The notes beneath the pieces are model-generated. The model saw nothing but the letters and a program-made list of their open reading frames with translations, was not told where the DNA came from and ran no database searches. The position numbers were made by a program, and so were the translations under genes. Below are positions 45,030-53,643 of a stretch of DNA of 64,000 nt, one piece after another. Source of the DNA: Candidatus Colwellbacteria bacterium (GTDB lineage: Bacteria > Patescibacteriota > Minisyncoccia > UBA6257 > Colwellbacteraceae); the NCBI GenBank assembly GCA_027448785.1, contig DAIDMW010000001.1, forward strand, positions 1,668-65,667, read 5' to 3'. Each line of letters begins with the position of its first letter. Position 1 is the first letter of the stretch.

Positions 45030-46463
45030 ATGCTTAAGCCAACTATCGGACTGGAAATACACGCGGAGCTGCGCACGAAGACAAAAATGTTTTGCGGCTG
45101 TCCGAACGATCCCGAGGAGCGTCACCCGAACGTCAATACCTGCCCGGTCTGTCTGGCTCACCCTGGAGTCTTGCCGACCGCTAACGCCGAGGCGATCAAG
45201 GCGGTTTTGAAGCTGGGTTTGGCCGTCGGCGGAGAGCTGCCGACCCGCGCCAAATTCGACCGCAAGAGCTACTTCTACCCCGACCTACCTAAGGGTTATC
45301 AAATCAGTCAGTACGACGAGCCTTTGGTATTGGGCGGCGAGTTGGCTGGTATAAAAATCAGGCGCGTCCACCTGGAGGAGGATACGGCTAGGCTTTCTCA
45401 CGCCGCGGACGGATCGGGCTCGCTCATCGATTTTAATCGTGCCGGCGTTCCTTTGATGGAACTTGTCACCGAGCCGGTAATCCACTCGGCCGAGGCTGCG
45501 CTTAATTTCGCCAGAGAATTACAGCTTCTGCTGCGCTATCTGGGGATCTCCAACGCCGAGATGGAGAACGGAGAGATGCGCATCGAGGCGAACATCTCCA
45601 TGGCTGAAGAGGGCGCCAGCTCTTTCGGAACCAAAGTCGAAGTAAAAAATATCAATTCGTTCAAGGCGGTGGAGGGAGCGGTCGCTTACGAACTAGAGAG
45701 GCAGGCTAAGGCGATCTCCGCGGGAGAAAGAATCGTCCAGGAAACGAGAGGGTGGGATACTGTTGGCAACCGGACCGTCAGTCAGCGCGTCAAAGAAGAA
45801 GCGCACGACTACCGCTATATGCCAGAGCCCGATATTCCGCCTCTGGACTTTGGCGCACCTAACGCGATCGACCTAACTATACTTAAAACCCTTATACCCG
45901 AACTGCCATGGGACAAAAGAAAAAGGTTTATCAACGAGTACAAGTTGGAGCCGGAACAGTCGGAGTTTCTCGCCGCCGATCCTGCTACCGCCGATTTCTT
46001 CGAGGAAGCCGTCTCGGAGTTCGCCGCCGATGGCGCTTCCGGAACGAAAACGCTCTTCAACTATCTTTCCTCTGATCTGCAAGGCCTTTTAAACGACGCC
46101 AACCTCCGCATCGGTGATAAAGATTTTAAAATAACGCCGGAAAAATTTGCCGATCTGGTAAGTCTGGTTGTGAAGCAGGAGATAACCAGCCGTTTGGCGA
46201 AAAACGTTTTATCAGAGATGTTTAAGACGGGCTTGGATGCGCACCAGATTATTTCTCAGATGGGGTTGGAGGAGTTCGGCGGGGGTGATCGTCTGCAGGA
46301 AATAGTCCGCGCGGCGGTGGCGAATAATTCGAAAGCCGTCGATGATTTCAAAAAAGGCAAAGAGAACGCCTTGCAGTTCCTGACTGGCCGGGTGATGGCC
46401 GCGACCAAAGGCAGCGCCAAACCGGAGGAGGTGCGAGCTGCGCTGTTAAAAGAATTGAAATAA
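45030..46463 (+). CDS. gatB: aspartyl/glutamyl-tRNA amidotransferase subunit B
   Basis: GLEIHAELRTKTKMFCGCPN N-terminus and C-terminal GatB/YqeY domain. Confidence 0.85.
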   Translation: MLKPTIGLEIHAELRTKTKMFCGCPNDPEERHPNVNTCPVCLAHPGVLPTANAEAIKAVLKLGLAVGGELPTRAKFDRKSYFYPDLPKGYQISQYDEPLVLGGELAGIKIRRVHLEEDTARLSHAADGSGSLIDFNRAGVPLMELVTEPVIHSAEAALNFARELQLLLRYLGISNAEMENGEMRIEANISMAEEGASSFGTKVEVKNINSFKAVEGAVAYELERQAKAISAGERIVQETRGWDTVGNRTVSQRVKEEAHDYRYMPEPDIPPLDFGAPNAIDLTILKTLIPELPWDKRKRFINEYKLEPEQSEFLAADPATADFFEEAVSEFAADGASGTKTLFNYLSSDLQGLLNDANLRIGDKDFKITPEKFADLVSLVVKQEITSRLAKNVLSEMFKTGLDAHQIISQMGLEEFGGGDRLQEIVRAAVANNSKAVDDFKKGKENALQFLTGRVMAATKGSAKPEEVRAALLKELK

Positions 46464-46544
46464 ACTACCGCGCTGCAAACGGCCAGGTATTATAAATGAA
46501 AATAAAAACCCCCACTCTAAAAAGAATGGGGGCACTAGCTTGCA

Positions 46545-46841
46545 CTAGCTCAGAAACTCGTCGGTCACTTTGTTGATCTTTCCGTCTAGCCACCAAAAGG
46601 CGGCTTCAATCTTTCTCCCAACCACCCTCCTTACCCGTTTTGGGAAGGATAGGATGGCCAGTGGCGTCCCGTAGAAAATCCAAAATGGCCAGAATGATTC
46701 CCATGGAAGTGGTCCGCCAACCATCGCGTACCCTAGCGAGCAGACAAACCAGATCAGGAAAAGCGTTCCCGATGTCAGACCGACAAACATCAGGAAGAAG
46801 TAAATCAACCTCAGTGTTTTCGTCAAGGTACGGACACCCAC
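46545..46841 (-). CDS. small membrane protein, hypothetical
   Basis: 98 aa with two or three hydrophobic helices. Fills the gap between convergent gatB and miaA. No family recognised. Confidence 0.35.
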   Translation of the reverse strand: MGVRTLTKTLRLIYFFLMFVGLTSGTLFLIWFVCSLGYAMVGGPLPWESFWPFWIFYGTPLAILSFPKRVRRVVGRKIEAAFWWLDGKINKVTDEFLS

Positions 46842-46880
46842 TTTCCTTTAAAGTCAGGTATTTACATTACACCACAACAT

Positions 46881-47855
46881 TTATATTTCGTCAATAGTAG
46901 TCTTTTGGAGAAATTCTATAGCGGCTTTTTTCGCCTCAGTAAGGCTAGAAACCCATACGATTCCTTTTTCTTTATTAAACCAGGTCATCTGGCGTTTGGC
47001 GTAGCGGGTTATCTCTTTTATGGATCTTATTTCCATCTCCTCTTTGCTTATTTCGCCTTGGAGATATTCGGCGACGAAACGGTATTCCAAACCAAACTCT
47101 TTTAATCTTTCCCAGCTAATTTTTTTACGATAATGAAGTTCCCCAACCTCTTCGATTAATCCCTGTCGAATCCATTGGTGCCAACGACTGCTTATTTTTG
47201 TATTTAGTTTTTCGCGCTCCGTCTTTATTCCAATAATTAAAGTTGGATATAGCAAGCTTCTTTCTATTTTTGGAACCGGGCGGCCGAGTGTTTCGGTAAC
47301 CTCGATTGCGCGTTCCAGTCGACGACGATTTTTTGTATCTATATCCCGTAGGCGTTCCGGATCAGATTTTTTAAGACGTGCGGCCAGCTGTTCCAGATTT
47401 AGATTGACAAGTTCTTTCCTTAAATCCGACTGCGGAGGAACTTCTGGCAAGAAAGGGGAGTAAATCAACGAGTCTACGTAGAATCCTGTGCCTCCGCAGA
47501 TGATCGGAATCTTGTTGTGCTGAAAGATGGTGTTTACGGCTTTTAAGCCTAGCCTGCGATAGTTATGAGCGGTAAATATTTTTTTTGGAGAAGCGACATC
47601 CAAAAGCCAGTGCGGCACACCTTTTTTTTCCTCTTCAGTTACTTTGCCGCTGCCGATGTCTAATCCGCGGTAAACCTGCCGCGAATCGGCGGAAATGATC
47701 TCGGCTCCGAGGGCGTTGAATCGTTCGCCGTTTTTTTCTATCCACAAAGCCAAATCGACCGCCATTTCTGACTTTCCGGAGGCGGTTGGGCCGACGACGG
47801 CGATTATCTTAGGAACGTTTGGCGATTTCTTTTTGGAGCCTGGAGACGAGTTCAT
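46881..47855 (-). CDS. miaA: tRNA dimethylallyltransferase
   Basis: P-loop VVGPTASGKSEMAVDLA and MiaA-like length and pattern. Confidence 0.8.
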   Translation of the reverse strand: MNSSPGSKKKSPNVPKIIAVVGPTASGKSEMAVDLALWIEKNGERFNALGAEIISADSRQVYRGLDIGSGKVTEEEKKGVPHWLLDVASPKKIFTAHNYRRLGLKAVNTIFQHNKIPIICGGTGFYVDSLIYSPFLPEVPPQSDLRKELVNLNLEQLAARLKKSDPERLRDIDTKNRRRLERAIEVTETLGRPVPKIERSLLYPTLIIGIKTEREKLNTKISSRWHQWIRQGLIEEVGELHYRKKISWERLKEFGLEYRFVAEYLQGEISKEEMEIRSIKEITRYAKRQMTWFNKEKGIVWVSSLTEAKKAAIEFLQKTTIDEI

Positions 47856-49566
47856 CTAAAGCGATCTCTCCTTCTTGTCCGCGGCGATAACTACGGAGGC
47901 TGACAATTTTGGCAGAGGCCTCTTTTTCACCAACGATTAAGACGTAAGGAGTCTTGGCCGTTTCGGCCGCGCGGATTCTCTTGCCGAGAGTTTCGGTTGC
48001 CGGAGAAACCTCGGCGCGAATCCCGTATTTCTTCAAAGTCTCGTTCACCGAGTAAGCGTACTTATTCTGCTTTTCGGTGACGGGAATAACCGTAGCCTGG
48101 ACGGGGGAGAGCCAGAGCGGGAAGGCGCCGGCAAAGTGTTCGATTAAGACTCCTAGGAATCTCTCTCGCGATCCGACCAGCGCGCTGTGAATCATGACTG
48201 GAGTGTATTTCTTGCCGTCGGCTCCGACATATTCCAAAGAAAACCTCTTCGGCATATTGAAGTCCAGCTGTATGGTGGAGAGCTGCCACTCCCTACCTAA
48301 GGAATCTCTTGCCATGAGGTCGAATTTTGGGCCATAGAAAGCGGCTTCGCCTGGAGCAGAGTAGAATTTAATCTTTTTCTTTTCCAAAAGCTCCTTCATT
48401 ATTTTCTGGGATTTCTTCCAAATCGCGTCGTCGCCCAGATATTTATTTTTATTCTTCTCATCGCGGAGAGAAAGGCGAACGGTGTAATCCATTTTGTAGG
48501 TTTTCATCACTTGGTTGATGCCAGAGAGTAGTTTGCTTAACTCGCCTTCAATCTGGTCCTCACGGCAGAAGCAGTGTCCGTCATCCTGAGAAAAGGCGCG
48601 GAGACGGGTTAGGCCATTCAGTTCGCCCGGCTTTTCATCGCGGTATAAGTTAGCAAAATCGGCTATTCTAACGGGCAGATCTTTGTAACTCCGGGTTTCC
48701 GAAGCGTAGATCTGGGTGTGCTGAGGGCAATTCATCGGCTTCAGGAAGTACTCCTCCTCGGTGTAGTTGGAGCGCACGTGGAACATATCTTCCTTGTACT
48801 TGTCATAGTGCCCCGAAGTTTTGAAGAGTTCGGCTTTGTTGATCTGCGGAGTATGCACTTCCTCGTAGCCGAGCTCGTTTCTAATCTCGTTGGAATATTC
48901 TTTTATTTTCTGGAGCATCAAGGCGCCTTTCGGCTTATAGAGCGGGAGCCCCGGGCCGACCAGATCGGAAAATACGAACAAACCCAACTCCTTTCCGAGT
49001 TTGCGGTGGTCTCTTTTCTCTGCCTCTTCGAGCATCTTGAGATACGCCTGGAGCTCTTTGGGAGTGGTAAAGGCCAGTCCGTAGATGCGAGTGAGCATCG
49101 GATTATTTTCGTCGCCACGCCAATATGCGCCGGCTGTGCTTTTCAAAGCGAATGATTCCGGATCGATTTCTTTGGTGTTTTTCACGTGACCGCCGCGGCA
49201 GAGATCTAAAAATATCTCTCCAGTGCGGTAAATGGTCAACGGTTTCTTTTCTTTTGTAAAATCGTTGATCAGCTCCAGTTTAAAAGGTTGATCTTTAAAT
49301 ATTTTCTTTGCCTGAGCGGGCGTAACTTTTTCTCCTTTGAAAGGAAGGTTGGCTTTGATAAGCGAACGCATCTCTTTTTCCAACTCCCTTAATTCGTTTT
49401 CCGCCAGCGGCCGGGGAAGTAGAAAGTCGTAGTAAAAACCGGCCTCGATGGTCGGACCGATTCCAAGCTTGGCCTTTGGAAATTTTTTCAGGACGCTCGC
49501 GGCCAACAGATGCGCCAGAGAATGGCGGATATTGTCTAAATGCTGATCTTGCTTATCTCGTTGCAT
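47809..49566 (-). CDS. thrS: threonyl-tRNA synthetase lacking N-terminal TGS domain
   Basis: HSLAHLLA editing-domain motif, class II motifs (HRKLGKELGLF, FRDE...GLTR), and C-terminal anticodon-binding domain. Confidence 0.85.
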   Translation of the reverse strand: MQRDKQDQHLDNIRHSLAHLLAASVLKKFPKAKLGIGPTIEAGFYYDFLLPRPLAENELRELEKEMRSLIKANLPFKGEKVTPAQAKKIFKDQPFKLELINDFTKEKKPLTIYRTGEIFLDLCRGGHVKNTKEIDPESFALKSTAGAYWRGDENNPMLTRIYGLAFTTPKELQAYLKMLEEAEKRDHRKLGKELGLFVFSDLVGPGLPLYKPKGALMLQKIKEYSNEIRNELGYEEVHTPQINKAELFKTSGHYDKYKEDMFHVRSNYTEEEYFLKPMNCPQHTQIYASETRSYKDLPVRIADFANLYRDEKPGELNGLTRLRAFSQDDGHCFCREDQIEGELSKLLSGINQVMKTYKMDYTVRLSLRDEKNKNKYLGDDAIWKKSQKIMKELLEKKKIKFYSAPGEAAFYGPKFDLMARDSLGREWQLSTIQLDFNMPKRFSLEYVGADGKKYTPVMIHSALVGSRERFLGVLIEHFAGAFPLWLSPVQATVIPVTEKQNKYAYSVNETLKKYGIRAEVSPATETLGKRIRAAETAKTPYVLIVGEKEASAKIVSLRSYRRGQEGEIALDELVSRLQKEIAKRS

Positions 49567-52500
49567 AGCAGTTTGGCGTCCCCGTTCTTTCTGGAAACCC
49601 GGCCGACAACGTCGACGACGTTGTTTTCTTGTATGATGCCTTGGTTCTTTTCGAGAACGCTGTTAAAAACCAATATTTCTATAGTATTGCTCAAGTCGTC
49701 TATTTTGGCAAAAACCATTGGCTCGCCCTTCTTGGTCATGACCCGCTGGACTTTGGTGATTACGCCGGCTATTCTGACCATCTTGGTGTCCTCCAGCTCG
49801 AGTACTGTCGAGATCGGCGTATATCGTTTGCCTTTGGAGGCGGCGCCGCGCAGGTACTCGACCAAAGGATGTTCAGTGAAATATACGCCCAGCAACTCTC
49901 TCTCCCAAGCCAGCCGCTCGGTTTTCGAGGCCGGCTGCATCGGCTCCTGCAGCTTGAAAGTCGGGGCGACGGCGCCGCCGAACAGCGTATCCTGCATTCC
50001 TTGCTGAACCTTCTTTGCTCCGCTCGCCGCCCTCAGAACCGCGTCCATGTTGAAAAGTATCTTCTGTCGCTCCACGCCCAGCGAATCCAAGGCGCCGGTT
50101 TTCGCCAACGCTTCCAAAGATTTCTTGTTAAGGTCGCGGTGACTGACGCGCATCATAAAATCGCTGAAACTCTGATAAGGACCGCCCATCATTCTTTCGT
50201 TAACGATGATCTCGGTGATGTTGGCGCCGAGGTTTTTGATGGTCGCCAAACCGTAGCGTATTCCCTGGTCTTCCGGGAAGAATTGCCCCAAACTCCTGTT
50301 GACGTCCGGCGGAAGGACTTTGATTCCCATCCGCTCTGCCTCGGCGGCCAGGAAGGTGATGCGCTCGATGTCGCCATTTGAGTGGTTCAAAAGCGCGGTC
50401 ATGAACTCTGTGGGGTAGTGCGTCTTCAGATAAGCGGTTTGATAGCTTATCAATCCGTAGCAAGCCGCGTGACTGCGGTTGAAGCCATAGCGGGCGAAAG
50501 GTGGAAACAACTCCCAAATTTTTTCCGCGGTTCTCTCGTCTATGCCGTTGGCAATCATTCCGTCAACGAGCTTCTTTTGCTGTTCGTCGAGGAGCGACTT
50601 TATTTTTTTTCCGATAGCTTTACGCAAGGTATCCGACTGCGCCAGAGAAAATCCCGCGAGGTCTCTCGCGATTCTCATCATTTGCTCCTGATAAACGCCG
50701 ACTCCGTAAGTCGATTTGAGTATCGGTTCCAACTTAGGATGGATGTATGAGATTTTTTCTTTTCCATGCTTGCGGTTGATGAAAGATGGGATAAGTTCGA
50801 TAGGTCCGGGTCGGTATAGAGCGCCTAAAGCTATTAAATCCTCCAAAACTGTCGGCTTAAGTTCCTTGATGTAACGCCTCATTCCGGCGGATTCGAACTG
50901 GAATATGCCGGTGGTTTCTCCGGTTTGCAGGAACTTGTAAGTGGCCGCGTCGTCAAGAGGAATTTCATAAATGTCTACGTCCTCGTCGTGTATGTTTTTT
51001 ATGAGCCTCAGCGTCTCTTCGATGACGGTCAGGTTTCGCAGACCTAATAAGTCCACTTTAAGCAATCCAAGATCCTCGACTCCGTGCATTTCTATTTGAG
51101 TGATGACGGAATTAGGGTCTTGCGGCGAGCGTTGTAGTGGTAAGTAGTTTACGAGCGGTTTGGCAGAAATAAGCGTTCCGCAAGCGTGGACCGAGGCGTG
51201 CCTCACCGTTCCCTCCAACTTCAAGGCGGCGGATAGCACTCTTCTGGCGTCCGGATCCTTCTCGTATCTCTCTTTCAATTCTGGTATCTCTTCTAGGTAC
51301 TTGCCTAACTTGGTGTTGGATTTATCGGTGTTTGGCTCGAAAGGAATCATTTTAGCCAGTTCGTCGCAGAAAGAGTAGGAGAGCCCTAAAGCGCGGCCGG
51401 CGTCCCTCACCGAAGCCCGTGCAGCCATGGTTCCAAAAGTGATGATTTGAGCCACTCTTTCGTTCCCATACTTATCCTTGAGGTACGCCAGCACTTCGTC
51501 GCGGCGGTAATCCGCGAAGTCGATGTCGATATCAGGCATGGAGATTCTTTCCGGGTTAAGAAATCTCTCAAAAAGCAGATCATATTGCATCGGGTTGATT
51601 CCTGTTATCCCCAAGATATACGAAACAAAACTGCCCGCGGCTGAGCCTCTTCCTGGGCCTACCACGATTCCGTGGTCTTTCGCCCAGTTCACGTAGTCCT
51701 GGACTATGAGAAAGTAATCGGAAAACCCTGTTTTCTCTATCACGCTAACCTCGTATTCCAGCCTTTGCCTTTCTTCTTCGGTTGGATTGGGGAATTTTTG
51801 TTCAAACCTTTCTCGGATCAACTGCTTCAAATATTCCATCGAAGGTATGTCGTTCGGAGTGTCGAACTCGGGCAGGATGGTCGTCCCGAGCTGGAACTCG
51901 AATTGGCATTTCTCGGCTACCTTCAGAGTGTTCTCCAGCGCTTCGGGAAAATCGGAAAGGTTGGCGGCCATCTCCTCGGCGTCGACGAAGGATGCGTCGA
52001 AATCCTGGAAAGAGAGCCGGTCCTCGTCCTCGAGGCGGTTATTGGTTTGGATAGCTAAAAGTATCTCGTGGATCGGCTGGTCTTCCTTTAATACATAGTG
52101 CGAGTCCTGGGTGGCGACCAGAGGAATGCCGTACTTTTCCGAAAGTTCCTTCATCGCCCGGTGCAGGTCGGGGGAGTGTGGCTGAATTTCTAAATAATAA
52201 TCGTCGCCGAAAAGGTTGTGGTAAAACTCGACCACCTCTTCGGCCTCCTTGCGGTTGCCGGCCCGTAAATTTCTGGCCAGCTCTCCGGAAAAGCAGCCCG
52301 ACAAGCAGACAACCCCCTCGTGGTGCTTTTCCAAAAGTTCGCGGTCGATTCTTGGTTTGTAGTAGAAGCCCTCGAGGTGCGATCGGGTCACTAATTCGCA
52401 CAGATTATGGTATCCCTCCTCGTTTTTAGCCAAAAGTGTAAGGTGGTAGCGGGTCATGTCCTCGCGCCCGCCGCGGGAGAGGCGTGATCCCTTGGCGACA

Positions 52501-52751
52501 TAAACCTCGACGCCGATGATTGGCTTGATGCCGGCCTTCTTGGCCTTCTCGAAAAACTCCACCGACCCGTACATATTGCCGTGGTCGGTCAGCGCCAGCG
52601 CCTCCATTCCCAGCTCCTTCGCCCTGTTTACCAGTCCGTCGATCTTCGATAAACCGTCTAATAGGGAGTAGTGCGAGTGGGTGTGGAGATGGATAAATTT
52701 CGGCATGGCTTTTACGGCCTCATTATAAACTGAAGTTTTATTCTTCTCCAA
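49536..52751 (-). CDS. dnaE: DNA polymerase III alpha subunit
   Basis: PHP domain (FIHLHTHSHYSLLDG) and polymerase core, 1071 aa. Confidence 0.9.
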   Translation of the reverse strand: MEKNKTSVYNEAVKAMPKFIHLHTHSHYSLLDGLSKIDGLVNRAKELGMEALALTDHGNMYGSVEFFEKAKKAGIKPIIGVEVYVAKGSRLSRGGREDMTRYHLTLLAKNEEGYHNLCELVTRSHLEGFYYKPRIDRELLEKHHEGVVCLSGCFSGELARNLRAGNRKEAEEVVEFYHNLFGDDYYLEIQPHSPDLHRAMKELSEKYGIPLVATQDSHYVLKEDQPIHEILLAIQTNNRLEDEDRLSFQDFDASFVDAEEMAANLSDFPEALENTLKVAEKCQFEFQLGTTILPEFDTPNDIPSMEYLKQLIRERFEQKFPNPTEEERQRLEYEVSVIEKTGFSDYFLIVQDYVNWAKDHGIVVGPGRGSAAGSFVSYILGITGINPMQYDLLFERFLNPERISMPDIDIDFADYRRDEVLAYLKDKYGNERVAQIITFGTMAARASVRDAGRALGLSYSFCDELAKMIPFEPNTDKSNTKLGKYLEEIPELKERYEKDPDARRVLSAALKLEGTVRHASVHACGTLISAKPLVNYLPLQRSPQDPNSVITQIEMHGVEDLGLLKVDLLGLRNLTVIEETLRLIKNIHDEDVDIYEIPLDDAATYKFLQTGETTGIFQFESAGMRRYIKELKPTVLEDLIALGALYRPGPIELIPSFINRKHGKEKISYIHPKLEPILKSTYGVGVYQEQMMRIARDLAGFSLAQSDTLRKAIGKKIKSLLDEQQKKLVDGMIANGIDERTAEKIWELFPPFARYGFNRSHAACYGLISYQTAYLKTHYPTEFMTALLNHSNGDIERITFLAAEAERMGIKVLPPDVNRSLGQFFPEDQGIRYGLATIKNLGANITEIIVNERMMGGPYQSFSDFMMRVSHRDLNKKSLEALAKTGALDSLGVERQKILFNMDAVLRAASGAKKVQQGMQDTLFGGAVAPTFKLQEPMQPASKTERLAWERELLGVYFTEHPLVEYLRGAASKGKRYTPISTVLELEDTKMVRIAGVITKVQRVMTKKGEPMVFAKIDDLSNTIEILVFNSVLEKNQGIIQENNVVDVVGRVSRKNGDAKLLCNEISKISI

Positions 52752-52759
52752 ACTCGCTA

Positions 52760-52786
52760 TTGATTTTTAAAACCCAGGTGTATAAT
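52760..52786 (+). promoter_or_regulatory. putative promoter TTGATT-15-TATAAT upstream of tail-fibre-like gene
   Basis: ttgatt tttaaaacccaggtg tataat read directly. The spacer is short. Confidence 0.3.
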
Positions 52787-52818
52787 CAAAGTGCAATAGG
52801 GCGTTTAGCTTTATTTCG

Positions 52819-53643
52819 ATGAACCAGCTAAGCAAATACCGGAGCGCCCTTGCTTATTTAATCTTACTTTTAATAAGCCTGGCCACGCTCCTCTCCGCAA
52901 CGAACATCGTCCGCGGGTTCACGCATCCCACCGAACAGCCGCCTTCAGGTCAGCCGGGACCTATTCCCGTCTCTGTCGGTGGTACCTCAGCTACCACCAC
53001 CGCGCAGGCCAGAATTAACTTGGGCGCGGCGGCTTCTGGCGCCAACACAGACATCGTTTCCTTATCGCCGACCGGCAACCTAATTCTTTCTCCCAGCGGT
53101 TACGTCGGCATCAAAAACCCATTCCCGACCTATAATTTGGACGTTGGTAGCGGCGGGGCCTACACCGCCCGTATCGGTTCGGCCTCTAGCGACACCTTGG
53201 TTGTCGGCGGAGGCGCGGGAAAACTGACTGTTGGAACGCTTGACCCGGTCTTCAACATCTCCGGAACGCAATTCGCCACTTATGCGCCGGGAATGATCGG
53301 CGTCAAAGAGGAATTGAACGGAGTTGCTGATCTTTCCTGTAAAGACTATCAATGTTCTTACACTATAGACTTTTCCTCTGCGTCTTACGGCAGCCGGGAG
53401 TGGCTTTTTAGAAAAATTACCGACTTCGGAGCGGAGTGGAATGGTCTAATTGTTTCGCTCACGCCTGGATTCCAAGGTCAGGTCTGGTATAAAAAAGATT
53501 ACGTTACCGGAAGGCTCGTTATTTTTGGCTCGCAAGGCGGAGAAGTTTCTTACCAGCTATTAGCTCCTCGCTTCGACTGGCAGTTGTGGTCGGATGAGCC
53601 CAGCGGGTTACAACCAAACGAGGGACTAAGAGTAATTGAATAA
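52819..53643 (+). CDS. secreted protein with phage tail-fibre-like N-terminal domain (module 1, gene A)
   Basis: Signal peptide, then TTTAQARINLGAAASGANTDIVSLSP. This resembles the TAAQAR.NLGL...GAN.DITSL motif of tailed-phage tail fibres. Confidence 0.5.
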   Translation: MNQLSKYRSALAYLILLLISLATLLSATNIVRGFTHPTEQPPSGQPGPIPVSVGGTSATTTAQARINLGAAASGANTDIVSLSPTGNLILSPSGYVGIKNPFPTYNLDVGSGGAYTARIGSASSDTLVVGGGAGKLTVGTLDPVFNISGTQFATYAPGMIGVKEELNGVADLSCKDYQCSYTIDFSSASYGSREWLFRKITDFGAEWNGLIVSLTPGFQGQVWYKKDYVTGRLVIFGSQGGEVSYQLLAPRFDWQLWSDEPSGLQPNEGLRVIE

